A stretch of 64,000 nt of DNA from an uncultured Bacilli bacterium. GTDB lineage: Bacteria > Bacillota_I > Bacilli_A > RFN20 > CAG-826. The position numbers and the translations under genes are program-made. This document shows positions 48,006 to 58,177 of the stretch, in pieces; position 1 is the stretch's first letter, and every line of letters begins with the position of its first letter. The notes beneath the pieces are model-generated. The model ran no database searches, was not told the origin of the DNA, and saw only the letters and a list, made by a program, of their open reading frames with translations. Where the stretch lies: contig CALVSB010000007.1 in assembly GCA_944358895.1 (NCBI GenBank), positions 140-64,139 on the forward strand, given 5' to 3'.

Positions 48006-49072
48006 TCCGCACGATTGTAACACATTGGGGGGACTTCCCTTTATATAAAGGGGGTCTTGTGTATAATGGCCACGTGGCAAATCGCATCTATAAGTACGGT
48101 AAATTCGTTTGGCCCGGCCTTGTCTTTATCTTGGGCCTCATCCTTCTTGCCGTTGGCCTCTGGCGCGACGCAGACGCGGCGGCATCCTTGTTCGGAAGCC
48201 TTCCCGCCATCGTCGTGACTCTCGTTTCCGTCATCGCTCCCTTCCCCTTCTTTGTCTTCATCGGAATGGCTGGATCGCTCATCGGGGTTGCCGTTCGAGG
48301 GAAGCATGAGCGACTCCCTTGGTACTCTTATCTCATTGCGACGGCCGTCTCGATTGCTTCCGGCCTCCTTTTCGGCTATCTGGTCCTTGTCGAATACCTC
48401 GGTAGCGCACTTCTCTCTTATGCCCTCGGCGCGATCGTCGTCCTTCTCGTCGCCCTCCCCTTCATGCTTCTTGAGAAAGATGCCAGCGGGGAACTCGCAG
48501 TGCGTCTGGCTTCTGCGATCCTGGTTCCGTCGGTTTTGGCCTTGGCCCTCCTCTTTACCCTGAGGCTTGGCTTCCCGCGCCCCGTCTATGCCGGCGACGC
48601 CGTGGAAGACCTCGCCATGACTGCTTTCCCGGCGACCGTTCCTCTCCTCGCTTCCGCTTCTTTCGTCGGGCTTAGCCTCATGGCTCTCTTGCCCGGCAAA
48701 CGGGACAAAGCCCTCTTCTTCGCCGGGGCCGCCTTCGCCATCCTTTCGATCCTCGGAGCCGTCGCCTCCCTCTCGGACGGCGCTTCTTACCTGACGGCCA
48801 TAGGCATTTCGTTTCTTATCGGCACTTTCCTCGGAGTGGCCTTCGCGGTTCTCCTCGTCATGCCCTATTTCTACCGCCAGGGGAAGAAAAAACTCGTCTA
48901 CAAAAGCCCCGTCACCCCTGCCATCAAGCGGAGGCAGCTCGAGGAACTAAGGGAACAGGCAAATGCCAACGCCCTGCGCCTAAGGCGGAAAAACAATTCG
49001 TTCAAGGCCGTTGTCCCGGCCGACGAACCTTCGCTTCTCAGCCGTCGAAGAAACTATCTCCATCATAAATAA
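47993..49072 (+). CDS. polytopic membrane protein, unknown family (start uncertain)
   Basis: About nine hydrophobic helices and a basic C-terminal tail. The track start is TTG 47993. An in-frame GTG at 48074 lies 6 nt after a TATAAT (48062-48067) and is an alternative start. Confidence 0.6.
   Translation: MASSFRTIVTHWGDFPLYKGGLVYNGHVANRIYKYGKFVWPGLVFILGLILLAVGLWRDADAAASLFGSLPAIVVTLVSVIAPFPFFVFIGMAGSLIGVAVRGKHERLPWYSYLIATAVSIASGLLFGYLVLVEYLGSALLSYALGAIVVLLVALPFMLLEKDASGELAVRLASAILVPSVLALALLFTLRLGFPRPVYAGDAVEDLAMTAFPATVPLLASASFVGLSLMALLPGKRDKALFFAGAAFAILSILGAVASLSDGASYLTAIGISFLIGTFLGVAFAVLLVMPYFYRQGKKKLVYKSPVTPAIKRRQLEELREQANANALRLRRKNNSFKAVVPADEPSLLSRRRNYLHHK
48014..48019 (-). promoter_or_regulatory. 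-10 box of the Sel1-ABC-ABC-vsr operon (leaderless or near-leaderless)
   Basis: Minus strand TGtTACAAT with hexamer at 48019..48014. ATG 48005 is 8 nt downstream; only a weak GCGGA is present instead of an SD. Confidence 0.35.
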
Positions 49073-49095
49073 GGCCGCAAAACGCGGCTTTTTTC
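49071..49095 (+). terminator. rho-independent terminator
   Basis: GCCGC (49074-49078) / GCGGC (49084-49088) hairpin followed by TTTTTT, immediately after the stop. Confidence 0.6.
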
Positions 49096-49160
49096 TTGAA
49101 AACGCCAAGTCTACATCGTCAAAGACCAATGGTAGAATAGCAGTTCAGTTGGCCTTGTAA

Positions 49161-49166
49161 TATAGT
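49161..49166 (+). promoter_or_regulatory. -10 box (leaderless candidate)
   Basis: TATAGT (49161-49166), 7 nt before ATG 49174 with no SD. Confidence 0.3.
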
Positions 49167-49173
49167 TGTCCCG

Positions 49174-50286
49174 ATGAAACGGGCCCTAGCCTCAAGCAAA
49201 TACCTCCTTCCCTACAGGAAGGCAGCCAAGAAAGACCGCATCTTCGAAATCGACTTTCTCCGGGGATTCGACATCATTCTAATGGTGGGGCTCCACTTCG
49301 CTTGCGCCCTCATGCTTTCGGGGCAAATCTTCAAATGGGCCGGCGAAGGCCCAGAACCGGAAGGCCTGAGGGATCTTTTCAGCCTCGGGCAAGAGGTCTT
49401 TCTCATCATCAACTCCGGGCAGCTTTTCATTCTCGAATTTTTCTTTTCGATGCTCTTCGTCTTTCTTTCGGGCATCTCCACGGCATTTGCCAAATCGAAT
49501 TCCCTCCGCGGCTTTTACCTGCTGGCCGTTGCCATTGGCCTTTCGCTCTCCCTCGATCTCCTTTCTTTTTTGCTTGGCGTCGACTTTCACATCTATTGCG
49601 GCATCCTCCACGCCATCGCGCTGTCCATTATTCTTTATTCCTTTGTCGACTGGCTGGTGAAAGGCAGGCTTCGCTATCTCTTCCCAATCGCCATTGCCCT
49701 TTCCCTCGCCACGATCCTTTGTTCGTTCTTCGGGCGCTACTACCCGGGCGACCAGTCTCTCTTCGGCCAGCTGGTCCATCTCATCGATCCCGGCTATGTT
49801 CATAGCCCGAATACTTACATCGACCTCAATAACGGATCGACGATCTTCAACCCGACCAACGTGATGCCGAAGGATATGGACCAAGCGTGGAAGCTTCTCT
49901 TCGGCCTCGCCGGTTTCGGCGACGACTACTTCCCGCCCCTCCAATGCTCGGCCATCCTCTTCCTCGGGGCCTGTTTTGCCAAAGTCGTCTACCGGAAAAA
50001 GCGTTCCCTGCTCCCCACTCTCAAGGCGGTGCCGGGCTATTACGTCTTCGACGTCGACGGCATCAAGCTTCCGGTCTATGGCCTTCCCCTCATGGCCGTT
50101 GCCCGGCTTCTTTCCGGCTCGCCCCTCGAGGCCGCCCCGCTCCTTGTCGAAAAGCGGAAGCGGACATGGGCCAAGCCCATCCTCTTCCTCGGGCGCCATT
50201 CGCTTTATGTCTATCTCATTCATATGCCGGCGGTGTATCTCCTCATCGGTGCTGTCTTGCTGCCAATGGGTTATAGCCTCGTCTAG
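49174..50286 (+). CDS. DUF1624/heparan-alpha-glucosaminide N-acetyltransferase-like membrane acyltransferase
   Basis: 370-aa polytopic protein. N-terminal RIFEIDFLRGFDIILMVGLH is the family's signature. Confidence 0.7.
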   Translation: MKRALASSKYLLPYRKAAKKDRIFEIDFLRGFDIILMVGLHFACALMLSGQIFKWAGEGPEPEGLRDLFSLGQEVFLIINSGQLFILEFFFSMLFVFLSGISTAFAKSNSLRGFYLLAVAIGLSLSLDLLSFLLGVDFHIYCGILHAIALSIILYSFVDWLVKGRLRYLFPIAIALSLATILCSFFGRYYPGDQSLFGQLVHLIDPGYVHSPNTYIDLNNGSTIFNPTNVMPKDMDQAWKLLFGLAGFGDDYFPPLQCSAILFLGACFAKVVYRKKRSLLPTLKAVPGYYVFDVDGIKLPVYGLPLMAVARLLSGSPLEAAPLLVEKRKRTWAKPILFLGRHSLYVYLIHMPAVYLLIGAVLLPMGYSLV

Positions 50287-50304
50287 CCAGGAAGGGATAA
50301 AGCT

Positions 50305-51915
50305 ATGGGAAAATCGATTTACGACCAATTCAAGCATGCTGCGAACGCCTATCCGAACAACACGGCCGCCGTCTTCGAAGGACACAAGTGGACCTTCAAG
50401 GAACTAGACAGGGAAATCGAGGTGGCAAGCCGCAAGCTCGTGACCCTCGGGGTCAAGGAAAAAGACGTCGTCGCCGTGGCGATGCCCAATTGCCCCGAAG
50501 CCCTCTTCCTTTTCTACGCCATCAGCAAGATTGGGGCGATCTCTTATAACATCCATCCCCTTACCCCCGCCTCTCTCATGGCCGTCCACATAAAGAAATC
50601 AGGGGCCAGGATTCTCATTTGCCTCGCCAATGCCTGCTACGACCACCGGATGGTCCTGCCCGACAGCGTCACGATCGTCTCCGTCAATCCCTATTGGCGG
50701 ATCAATCTCATCAAGGCTCTCGTCCTCTTCCACATTTCCAAGCGGGCCCATGGGATCAAGGGCTATGCCGGCATCCACCCGGCGAAGTCGAGCCCGACCG
50801 TCCATCCCGATCCCGACGATGATGCCGTCTATCTCAATACCGGGGGCACGAACGGCGAACCGAAGATCGTCCGTCTATCCTCTCGTTCGATCAACAACCT
50901 GGCTCTCAAGGGCTATCCCCTTTTCGGCGGCCGCCTGAAAGACATCAAAATGCTGACCGCCATTCCTCTTTTCCATGGCTTCGGCCTCGCGATGGGCGTC
51001 CATACCCCCATTTCCTGGGGAGCCTCGACGGTCCTCGTTCTCAAGTTCAACACCCGGGAAGCCATCCGCTATATCCGCAAGGGCGAAGCGACGGTCATCA
51101 TCGGGGTTCCGGCCCTCTACAACGCCCTTCTCTCGCGCGAGAGTTTCTACGGCCCTTGGCTCAAGAAGCAAATCGTTGCCTTCATTGGGGGCGACTCCGT
51201 TCCCGAATCGCTCCTCGACCAATGGAACACGACGATGTCGCGCTTCCTCTCCTCGGCCCGCCTTTTCGAGGGATATGGCCTGACGGAGACCGTCAACGTA
51301 ACGAACGTCAATACCTATGGGCGGGCCAAGCGTGGAACGATTGGCAAGCCGCTCCCCAACCTTCGGGAAATCATCGTCGATCCCGAGACCGGGGTTCCCC
51401 TCCCCACCGGGAAAAGCGGGGAAATCTGCATCGGTGGCGACTGCCTCATGAACGGGTACCTGAACGACGAGGAACTAACCCAAAAGAGTTTCCTCACGAT
51501 CGAGGGGAGACGTTATTTCCGGACGCGGGATTTTGGCTACATCGACGAGGACGGCTACCTAACCTTCCGGCAGCGCCTCCGGCGGATCGTCAAGATCAAT
51601 GGGGAGACGGTTTGTCCCTCCGACGTCGAGGACGTCGCCCTCTCCCTCTTCGATGTCTACGAAGCCTATTGCTTCCCGGTCGAGGACAAGCGAAAAGGTC
51701 ATGTCCTCTGCCTGGCCGTCGTTCAAAGGGAAGGCCCGAAGGGACACGTGAAGGAAGAGGCCATCGAGCAGGAAATCTACGCGGCGGTCCAAAAGAATCT
51801 GCCGCCTCAATATAAGCCAGCCAAGATCATCTTCCTCGAGCACCTGCCGCGGACGCCGGTCGGGAAGATCGATGCCGCGGAATTCGAGAAGATCAAAGGC
51901 GAAATCCGCCTATAG
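50305..51915 (+). CDS. AMP-dependent synthetase/ligase (acyl-CoA synthetase-like)
   Basis: 536 aa. YLNTGGTNGEPK (AMP-binding motif I), EGYGLTET, TRDFGYIDEDGYL, and C-terminal PRTPVGKID. Confidence 0.85.
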   Translation: MGKSIYDQFKHAANAYPNNTAAVFEGHKWTFKELDREIEVASRKLVTLGVKEKDVVAVAMPNCPEALFLFYAISKIGAISYNIHPLTPASLMAVHIKKSGARILICLANACYDHRMVLPDSVTIVSVNPYWRINLIKALVLFHISKRAHGIKGYAGIHPAKSSPTVHPDPDDDAVYLNTGGTNGEPKIVRLSSRSINNLALKGYPLFGGRLKDIKMLTAIPLFHGFGLAMGVHTPISWGASTVLVLKFNTREAIRYIRKGEATVIIGVPALYNALLSRESFYGPWLKKQIVAFIGGDSVPESLLDQWNTTMSRFLSSARLFEGYGLTETVNVTNVNTYGRAKRGTIGKPLPNLREIIVDPETGVPLPTGKSGEICIGGDCLMNGYLNDEELTQKSFLTIEGRRYFRTRDFGYIDEDGYLTFRQRLRRIVKINGETVCPSDVEDVALSLFDVYEAYCFPVEDKRKGHVLCLAVVQREGPKGHVKEEAIEQEIYAAVQKNLPPQYKPAKIIFLEHLPRTPVGKIDAAEFEKIKGEIRL

Positions 51916-51943
51916 AAAGTCAAAATCAACCGCAAAAGGGGCT

Positions 51944-52351
51944 TCAAAGTCCCTTTTTCATTTTCGCTAGGACGTCGAGGAAGTCGGTTGAGAGTTGCCT
52001 CCCTTGGAGGTCTTTTTCGCTAAGGAAGAAGACTTCGCCCTCCCTCGAGGAATGAATTTCGCCATGGAAGGAAGAACTCCTGAACAGGAGGCAAAGGTGG
52101 CGGGTCTTCTCCGAGGGCAGGTTCCATTCGAAATAGCCGCATTCCTCGATTTCGTCCACGATGAGGCCGGTTTCTTCCTGGCATTCCCGGATGGCTCCTT
52201 CGACGATCGATTCGTTTACTTCGACGTGGCCGCCGGGGAAATTGATGCCGGGCCAATCCTGCTTTTTCCGGTCCTCGACCAGGAAAGTCCCGTCCTTCCG
52301 GTAAAGCATGATCATGGTGGTAAGGATCGTTTGGCCGCGCTCTTTCTCCAT
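51944..52351 (-). CDS. NUDIX hydrolase
   Basis: Nudix box GGHVEVNESIVEGAIRECQEETGL. AGGAGG SD upstream. Confidence 0.88.
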   Translation of the reverse strand: MEKERGQTILTTMIMLYRKDGTFLVEDRKKQDWPGINFPGGHVEVNESIVEGAIRECQEETGLIVDEIEECGYFEWNLPSEKTRHLCLLFRSSSFHGEIHSSREGEVFFLSEKDLQGRQLSTDFLDVLAKMKKGL

Positions 52352-52393
52352 CGTTAGGTCCTCCTAAGCGTCTTCGATATAATAATTCCGACC

Positions 52394-53395
52394 ATGGAAT
52401 TTTCATTTGGAAAAAGCGATATTGCCGCCTTCGAAAGGCTGCTCCGTGCCTATGACGAAGCAATGAGCCGCGATGCCGAGCTGAATAATTCGACCGGTGT
52501 TTCTTTGAGCGAGGCCGAGCTAAGAAAACTCGGGGCCAAGAAACTCGACCCCCGCGTCTATGAGAAAGACCCTTACTACCAGGCGCTTTCGGGCCTTGCC
52601 AAGCGAAAGGCCAAAGGCGCAACCCTCGGGAAAACGACAATCAAGGCCCGTTCGCCGTTTTTGGCTAATGAGGAAAGATCCAAAGAAGGAGATGCAGCTT
52701 CAATCGTCCAGCCCTACGGCTACTTGGATCGGGATTTTGCTTACCCATCGATCAGCGAGAACAGGCGCATCTGGATGAGCCTATGCCCGCACGAGATTGA
52801 AACAATGCGGGAAGCCGCCCAAAAGCTGACGGGAAGGGTTCTCGTTTTAGGGCTCGGGCTCGGGTACGTTCCTTACCTCCTGTCCTTAAAAACGGATGTC
52901 AGTGAAATCGTGGTCGTCGATAGCGATCCAGGTATCATTCACCTTTTCAAAGAAGAACTGCTCCCCCGCTTTTCCTATAGCGAGAAGGTCAAAATCGTCA
53001 AAGAGGATGCCTTTGAGTATTTGGACAAGAAGCACCCCCGCTTCAACGGGGTCTTTGCTGACCTTTGGCACGATCAGGAAGATGGTTTCCCCCTGTACTA
53101 CCTCCTCCGGAAGAGATTGGATGCGTTTAACGTTCCGGTTTTTTACTGGATTGAGAAAACAATCATCCTCTACGTACGAATGGGCCTTCTCATTCTGGCT
53201 GACGAAGAGTTTAGGGCTGACGATAAAGAAGACGAAAAATACATGGAAGCCGAAACCCAGTCAGATGCAATTGTTAACGCCTTGCATTTTGTCTTAAAGG
53301 GAAGAAAAGTTGACTCATATAAAGCTTTCGAGGAGATCATCTCTGATGATTCCATCAGAAAGATCATTCCTGAATTGGATATCGATATTGAATAA
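52394..53395 (+). CDS. class I SAM-methyltransferase/spermidine-synthase-fold protein, unknown function
   Basis: VLVLGLGLGYVPYLL...VVVDSDP...FADLW resembles spermidine-synthase-like Rossmann motifs. The gene is visibly AT-richer than its neighbours. Confidence 0.6.
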   Translation: MEFSFGKSDIAAFERLLRAYDEAMSRDAELNNSTGVSLSEAELRKLGAKKLDPRVYEKDPYYQALSGLAKRKAKGATLGKTTIKARSPFLANEERSKEGDAASIVQPYGYLDRDFAYPSISENRRIWMSLCPHEIETMREAAQKLTGRVLVLGLGLGYVPYLLSLKTDVSEIVVVDSDPGIIHLFKEELLPRFSYSEKVKIVKEDAFEYLDKKHPRFNGVFADLWHDQEDGFPLYYLLRKRLDAFNVPVFYWIEKTIILYVRMGLLILADEEFRADDKEDEKYMEAETQSDAIVNALHFVLKGRKVDSYKAFEEIISDDSIRKIIPELDIDIE

Positions 53396-53431
53396 TAAAG
53401 GTTCGTCTATTCCTAATAAATTTAATATTTC

Positions 53432-53458
53432 ATAACTACGTTTATGTTATGTAGTTAT
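53432..53458 (+). terminator. possible terminator hairpin
   Basis: ATAACTAC (53432-53439) / GTAGTTAT (53451-53458) inverted repeat 37 nt after the stop. Only a weak T tract follows. Confidence 0.3.
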
Positions 53459-53969
53459 ATAGGTTTTAACGCCTGCTGCTATTTGAATTTTCAGTCGTTT
53501 TCATCATCGAATTAGAACTTCTTTGGCGTCGCCTTTCTATCGTTTCCCGAATACGTATGCATTGAACTCTTAACAGTGACTTTTGCTTTCTTTGACTTTA
53601 TCTGCTGACACTCCACGCATGATTCAAACTTCAAGCTTTTTAGTTTTTGCCTACTTATGGGATAGAAAAATTAAGGCTTATGGTCTTAGCGGTTTCATAA
53701 TGGTTTCTTTGTATTGTTTTGACTTCGGTACCATCTCTTCACCATTTGTACCTTAAATGCCCAAACCAATAACTATTTCTTATTATTCCTAAGGAGCAAA
53801 TATCTTTTCTTATAAGCGTATCAATTCCTCACGGCAAACCGCCTTGTGACCCTTCTTAACATATCCAAAAACCACAGAACCGCTAACATGAAAATATCTT
53901 TGGTTCGTCGTCATCGAAGAACTTTTACGGAACGTAAAAAACGCTCTCCTAACCTCTCTTAAAGAGGTA

Positions 53970-53991
53970 TATAATCCGCCTTCCGTGGAGG
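53970..53991 (+). promoter_or_regulatory. -10 box and SD of the second ABC exporter pair
   Basis: TATAAT (53970-53975), GGAGGA (53986-53991), ATG 53999. Confidence 0.4.
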
Positions 53992-53998
53992 AACGAGC

Positions 53999-55945
53999 AT
54001 GCGTGAAAAGACCAAGGCTTTAAGACGGCGAGCCTACGAAGCACTTTCCTACAGCAAGGAAGATGCAGCCGTCGATAAACAAGACAGGAAGAAGACCCTT
54101 CCGATTTACCTAGCTTGCCTCAAACCGAGCTGGAAGTACATCGTCATCTTTCTCTTTATCATTCTCGTGGATGTCGCTCTCGAAATCATGATTCCGTTCA
54201 TGAGCGGCCTTTTGATCCGCTACGGCATCGAAGGTTACGGGGCTCTTACCCCGAGCGGCGCGCCTCAACCCCTCATTGTCGGCGGCGGCCTCGATCAGCC
54301 GGCCATGGCTTCCGTTTGGCTTTACGGCGGCATCATGGTGGCCTGCGCCTTCTGTGCCATCTTCTTCCAGACCGTCGGCATGAAGATGGTCGCCATCCTT
54401 TCGAGCGATTTCGTCGAGCGCCTTCGCAACACCATTTTCGGGAAGGCCGAAGAACTCTCTTTCTCCAACATCGCCAAGTTCCCGGTTTCGAAGCTCACGA
54501 CGATGCTCTCCAACGATTGCAACAACATCCGTTTCTTCGTCCTCATGTTCATCCGGATGGGGGCCAAGCAAGGGTTCATGATTCTCTTCTGCTTTGCCTT
54601 TATCTTCTCCCTTAACTGGTTCATCGGGGTCATCACCGTCCCGCTCACCATCCTCTCATTCGCCATCATCATGCTGATCATCAAGAAGACGCGTCCGGAA
54701 TTCATCATGACCCAGACGGCCATCGACTATGTCAACCGCGAGGTCGAGGAGGACACCGACGGCGTCCGCGAAGTCAAGGCGTTCTGCCGGGAAGGCCACA
54801 TGGATGAGAAATTCGCCGAGGCCAACGAGAACCTTACCTACGTCACCTATTCCTCTGTTTCCAAGATGGGCCTTTCCTCGGCTATCACGACTTTCTCCAT
54901 CAACGTCACGATCGGCCTCATCCAGCTCCTCGGGGGCTTCTCGATGATCAACACGGCCAACGGGAACGAACTCTGGCAGCTCTTCAACAACGGCAATCCG
55001 CTCTTCGATGCCGGCGAGCTCTCGATGCTCACGTCCTTCGCGGCCCTATTGACCTTGGCTTTCTCCTACATGACCATGCTCTTCCAGTATTACGGACGGG
55101 CCGAGGCTAGCAAGGAGCGTATCGACCGCCTCCTCTCGGAGAAAATCGACATTCTCTACAACCCGAAGGAACGGGAAGAAGGCTTCGATCCGGATTCCCT
55201 TTCGAGCGGCGAAGTCGAATTCGACAACGTCCTCTTCTCTTATGTCGGCGATCCCAAGAAGCCGGCCCTCGGACCCATTTCCTTCAAGATCGCGGAAGGC
55301 ACGACCGTCGGCATCGTCGGCGGCACGGGCTCGGGCAAGAGTTCGCTCGTCAACCTCATCCCGAGACTCTTTGACCCGACGGAGGGAACGGTCAAGGTCG
55401 GCGGCCACGACGTCAAGGACTACTCCCTCAAGGCGCTCCGCAACGACATCGGCGTCGTCCTTCAGAACAACCTCCTCTTCACCGGGACCATCCGGAGCAA
55501 CATCCAATGGGGCAAGAAAGGCGCAAGCGACGCCGAAATCTACGAAGCCCTCGACGTGGCCCAGGCCAGCGACTTCGTCAATTCGTTCGCCGACAAGCTC
55601 TCGACCCCGGTCACCCAGGGCGGGCGCTCGGTCTCGGGCGGCCAGAAGCAGCGGCTTTGCATCGCCCGGGCCGTCATCAAGAAGCCGAAGATATTGATTC
55701 TCGACGACTCGACCTCGGCTTGCGATACCGACACCTCGGCCCGCATCCATTCCCAGCTCCGGAACAAGCTCAAGGGAACGACCGTCTTCCTCATCGCCCA
55801 GCGGATCGATTCGGTCAAGGACTGCGACATCATCTTCGTTCTCGATAACGGAGCCCTCGTCGGCAAGGGAACCCACGAGGAACTCATCAAGAACTGCAAG
55901 ATCTACCAAGAAATCGAAGAAATCCAACGGAAGGGGGTCGACTGA
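53999..55945 (+). CDS. ABC exporter, fused TMD-NBD
   Basis: 648 aa. Walker A GGTGSGKSS, signature VSGGQKQR, Walker B ILILDDSTSACD. Confidence 0.92.
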   Translation: MREKTKALRRRAYEALSYSKEDAAVDKQDRKKTLPIYLACLKPSWKYIVIFLFIILVDVALEIMIPFMSGLLIRYGIEGYGALTPSGAPQPLIVGGGLDQPAMASVWLYGGIMVACAFCAIFFQTVGMKMVAILSSDFVERLRNTIFGKAEELSFSNIAKFPVSKLTTMLSNDCNNIRFFVLMFIRMGAKQGFMILFCFAFIFSLNWFIGVITVPLTILSFAIIMLIIKKTRPEFIMTQTAIDYVNREVEEDTDGVREVKAFCREGHMDEKFAEANENLTYVTYSSVSKMGLSSAITTFSINVTIGLIQLLGGFSMINTANGNELWQLFNNGNPLFDAGELSMLTSFAALLTLAFSYMTMLFQYYGRAEASKERIDRLLSEKIDILYNPKEREEGFDPDSLSSGEVEFDNVLFSYVGDPKKPALGPISFKIAEGTTVGIVGGTGSGKSSLVNLIPRLFDPTEGTVKVGGHDVKDYSLKALRNDIGVVLQNNLLFTGTIRSNIQWGKKGASDAEIYEALDVAQASDFVNSFADKLSTPVTQGGRSVSGGQKQRLCIARAVIKKPKILILDDSTSACDTDTSARIHSQLRNKLKGTTVFLIAQRIDSVKDCDIIFVLDNGALVGKGTHEELIKNCKIYQEIEEIQRKGVD

Positions 55946-58023
55946 TGGAAAACTACAGCAACGGGTTCACGGCCGCCGGCAAGGGGCCGATCGTCAACGA
56001 CGTCCAGATCGAGTATTCCTGCGGCAAGGAAGGCTATCAGGAAGTGACTGCCACCTACTCGAAGCGGCGGCAGGGTTACGGCAAGCCGAAGCATTCCTGG
56101 AAGTCCCTCCTCCGGGTCATGAGCTACCTCGGGCCGGACAAATGGCTCTTCGTCCTCGTGACCTTCATCACGGTCGGGATGATCTTCATCAACCTCTTCT
56201 CGGCCTTCCTCGCGGCCCCGCTCGTCGACGCCGTCCTCCAGCCGGCCGTCTATTCGATCAGCGGCAACTGGCTCATCGGGGGAAGCGCCCAAGGCTACTA
56301 TGCCGCCTCTTTGTCCCACCAGCTCCCGCTCTACGGCTGGCTTTTCAATCTGATTGATTGGAATGCCGCCGCCCCGTGGGAACAGGCCTTTGCCTTAACC
56401 GGCATCATCATCGGCTGCATGATGGTGGTTTACGTCATCGGCTTCCTCCTTTCGACCGCCCAGGTCTATCTCATGACCCGGATCGGGTCGAGCTCGCTCA
56501 TGCGGCTAAGAAACGACATGTTCGACAAGCTCCAGAAGCTGCCGCTCCGCTATTTCGACCAGACGCCGCATGGCGACACGATGTCGCGCTTCACCAACGA
56601 CGTCGATGCCTTGGCCCAGCTCTTCAACACCGGGATCATGGAGATCTTCACCTCGGTCATCATGGTCGTCGGGGTCCTCATCTTCACCTTCCTCGTCAAC
56701 TGGTTCCTGGCTCTCATCGTCTGCATCATGGAACTCATCGCGGCCGTCATCGTTTCGATCAACGTCCACCGCTCGGTCGGAGCCTTCTCCGAAACCCAGG
56801 TCTCGATGGGCGAGTTCAACGGCATCGCCGAGGAAGTCCTCTCCGGCCTCAAGGTCGTCAAGTGCTTCAACAAAGAAGAGGACATGGCCAAGCTCTTCAA
56901 GTCGATCGACTATGTCCATACGCTCCATAACCGCCGGTCGGTCTTCCTTTCCTCGTGCAACATCCCGATCGTCAACAACATCAACAACATGGCGACAGCC
57001 ATCACCGTCATGATCGGGGCCGTCCTCATCGTGACCGGGGCCGACTGGGGCTTCTCGGTCACGGCCGGGACCCTTCTCTCCTACGTCGTCTTCATGCGGA
57101 TGCTCGCCCGCCCGATCAACTCCATCTCCAACCTCCTCACGGCCATCCAGGCCTCTTTGGCCGGGGCCGAGCGGATCTTCCAGATGGTCGACCAGCCGCA
57201 AGAGCCGTCGCTCCAGGAAGCCAAGTGGCGCTCCTACAAGGCCGATGACGGCAAGTTCTACTGGACCAACGGGACCGAGCAGAAGCCCGTCCGCGGCGAA
57301 GTCGAGATGAACCACGTCTGCTTCTCCTACCTCCCGGGCCAGAAGATCCTCGACGACATCACGATGTATGCCCATCCGGGCCAGAAGATCGCCCTCGTCG
57401 GCTCGACCGGGGCCGGCAAGACGACGATCACCAACCTTCTCACGAGGTTCTACGACATCGATTCGGGCGAGATCCTGATCGACGGCATCAACCTCAAGGA
57501 CATCGACCGCGTCTCGATGCGTCGCTCGATGACCTTGGTCCTCCAGGATACCCACCTCTTCTCGGGAACCATTTACGACAACATCCGCTTCGGCCATCTC
57601 AAAGCGACCGATGCCGAATGCGAGGAGGCGGCAAAGATTGCCTGCGCCGATAGTTTCATCCGGAAGCTGAAGAACGGCTACAACACCTTCATCGATGCCC
57701 ATAACGCCTCGCTCTCGCAAGGTCAGAGGCAGCTCCTCTCGATTGCCCGCTGCGCCGTCTCCAACCCGCCGATCCTCATCCTCGACGAGGCAACGAGCTC
57801 GATCGACACCCGGACCGAGCGCCTCATCTCCAAAGGCATGGAGAACATCATGAAGGGCAAGACGACCTTCGTCATCGCCCACCGCCTTTCCACCATCCGC
57901 TACGCCGACTGCATCATGGTCATGGACCACGGACGCATCATCGAGCGCGGCAACCACGAGCAGCTGTTGGCCCTCAAGGGCCGCTACTACGAACTCTGGA
58001 CCGGCAAGGCCGAACTCGACTGA
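55945..58023 (+). CDS. ABC exporter, fused TMD-NBD
   Basis: 692 aa. Walker A GSTGAGKTT, signature LSQGQRQ, Walker B ILILDEATSSID. 1-nt overlap with the upstream partner. Confidence 0.92.
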   Translation: MENYSNGFTAAGKGPIVNDVQIEYSCGKEGYQEVTATYSKRRQGYGKPKHSWKSLLRVMSYLGPDKWLFVLVTFITVGMIFINLFSAFLAAPLVDAVLQPAVYSISGNWLIGGSAQGYYAASLSHQLPLYGWLFNLIDWNAAAPWEQAFALTGIIIGCMMVVYVIGFLLSTAQVYLMTRIGSSSLMRLRNDMFDKLQKLPLRYFDQTPHGDTMSRFTNDVDALAQLFNTGIMEIFTSVIMVVGVLIFTFLVNWFLALIVCIMELIAAVIVSINVHRSVGAFSETQVSMGEFNGIAEEVLSGLKVVKCFNKEEDMAKLFKSIDYVHTLHNRRSVFLSSCNIPIVNNINNMATAITVMIGAVLIVTGADWGFSVTAGTLLSYVVFMRMLARPINSISNLLTAIQASLAGAERIFQMVDQPQEPSLQEAKWRSYKADDGKFYWTNGTEQKPVRGEVEMNHVCFSYLPGQKILDDITMYAHPGQKIALVGSTGAGKTTITNLLTRFYDIDSGEILIDGINLKDIDRVSMRRSMTLVLQDTHLFSGTIYDNIRFGHLKATDAECEEAAKIACADSFIRKLKNGYNTFIDAHNASLSQGQRQLLSIARCAVSNPPILILDEATSSIDTRTERLISKGMENIMKGKTTFVIAHRLSTIRYADCIMVMDHGRIIERGNHEQLLALKGRYYELWTGKAELD

Positions 58024-58036
58024 TAGGCCGAAGGAA

Positions 58037-58069
58037 AGCTAGGCACGCATCGGAACGCCTGGCTTTTTT
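58037..58069 (+). terminator. rho-independent terminator of the ABC pair
   Basis: AGCTAGGC (58037-58044) / GCCTGGCT (58057-58064) stem with one mismatch, followed by TTTTTT. Confidence 0.55.
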
Positions 58070-58177
58070 CTTGTTATCCTGAAATAGCTGGGCCAAAAGT
58101 CCCGCAAAAAGCGCCTAAGTTCAAGCAAAACAGCATGCCAGCCTTGTAATTGTTAAGAAGGAGATTAAAGTAAAAGA

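Noticed and set aside
53888-53962. 24-codon highly basic mini-ORF (MKISLVRRHRRTFTERKKRSPNLS) upstream of the ABC exporter pair, considered as a leader peptide.
   Set aside because: It has no SD. It lies upstream of the best -10 box for the exporter (53970-53975), and nothing distinguishes it from chance in AT-rich DNA.
56506-57957. 483-aa minus-strand ORF.
   Set aside because: It is antisense to the ABC exporter with Walker A, signature and Walker B motifs.
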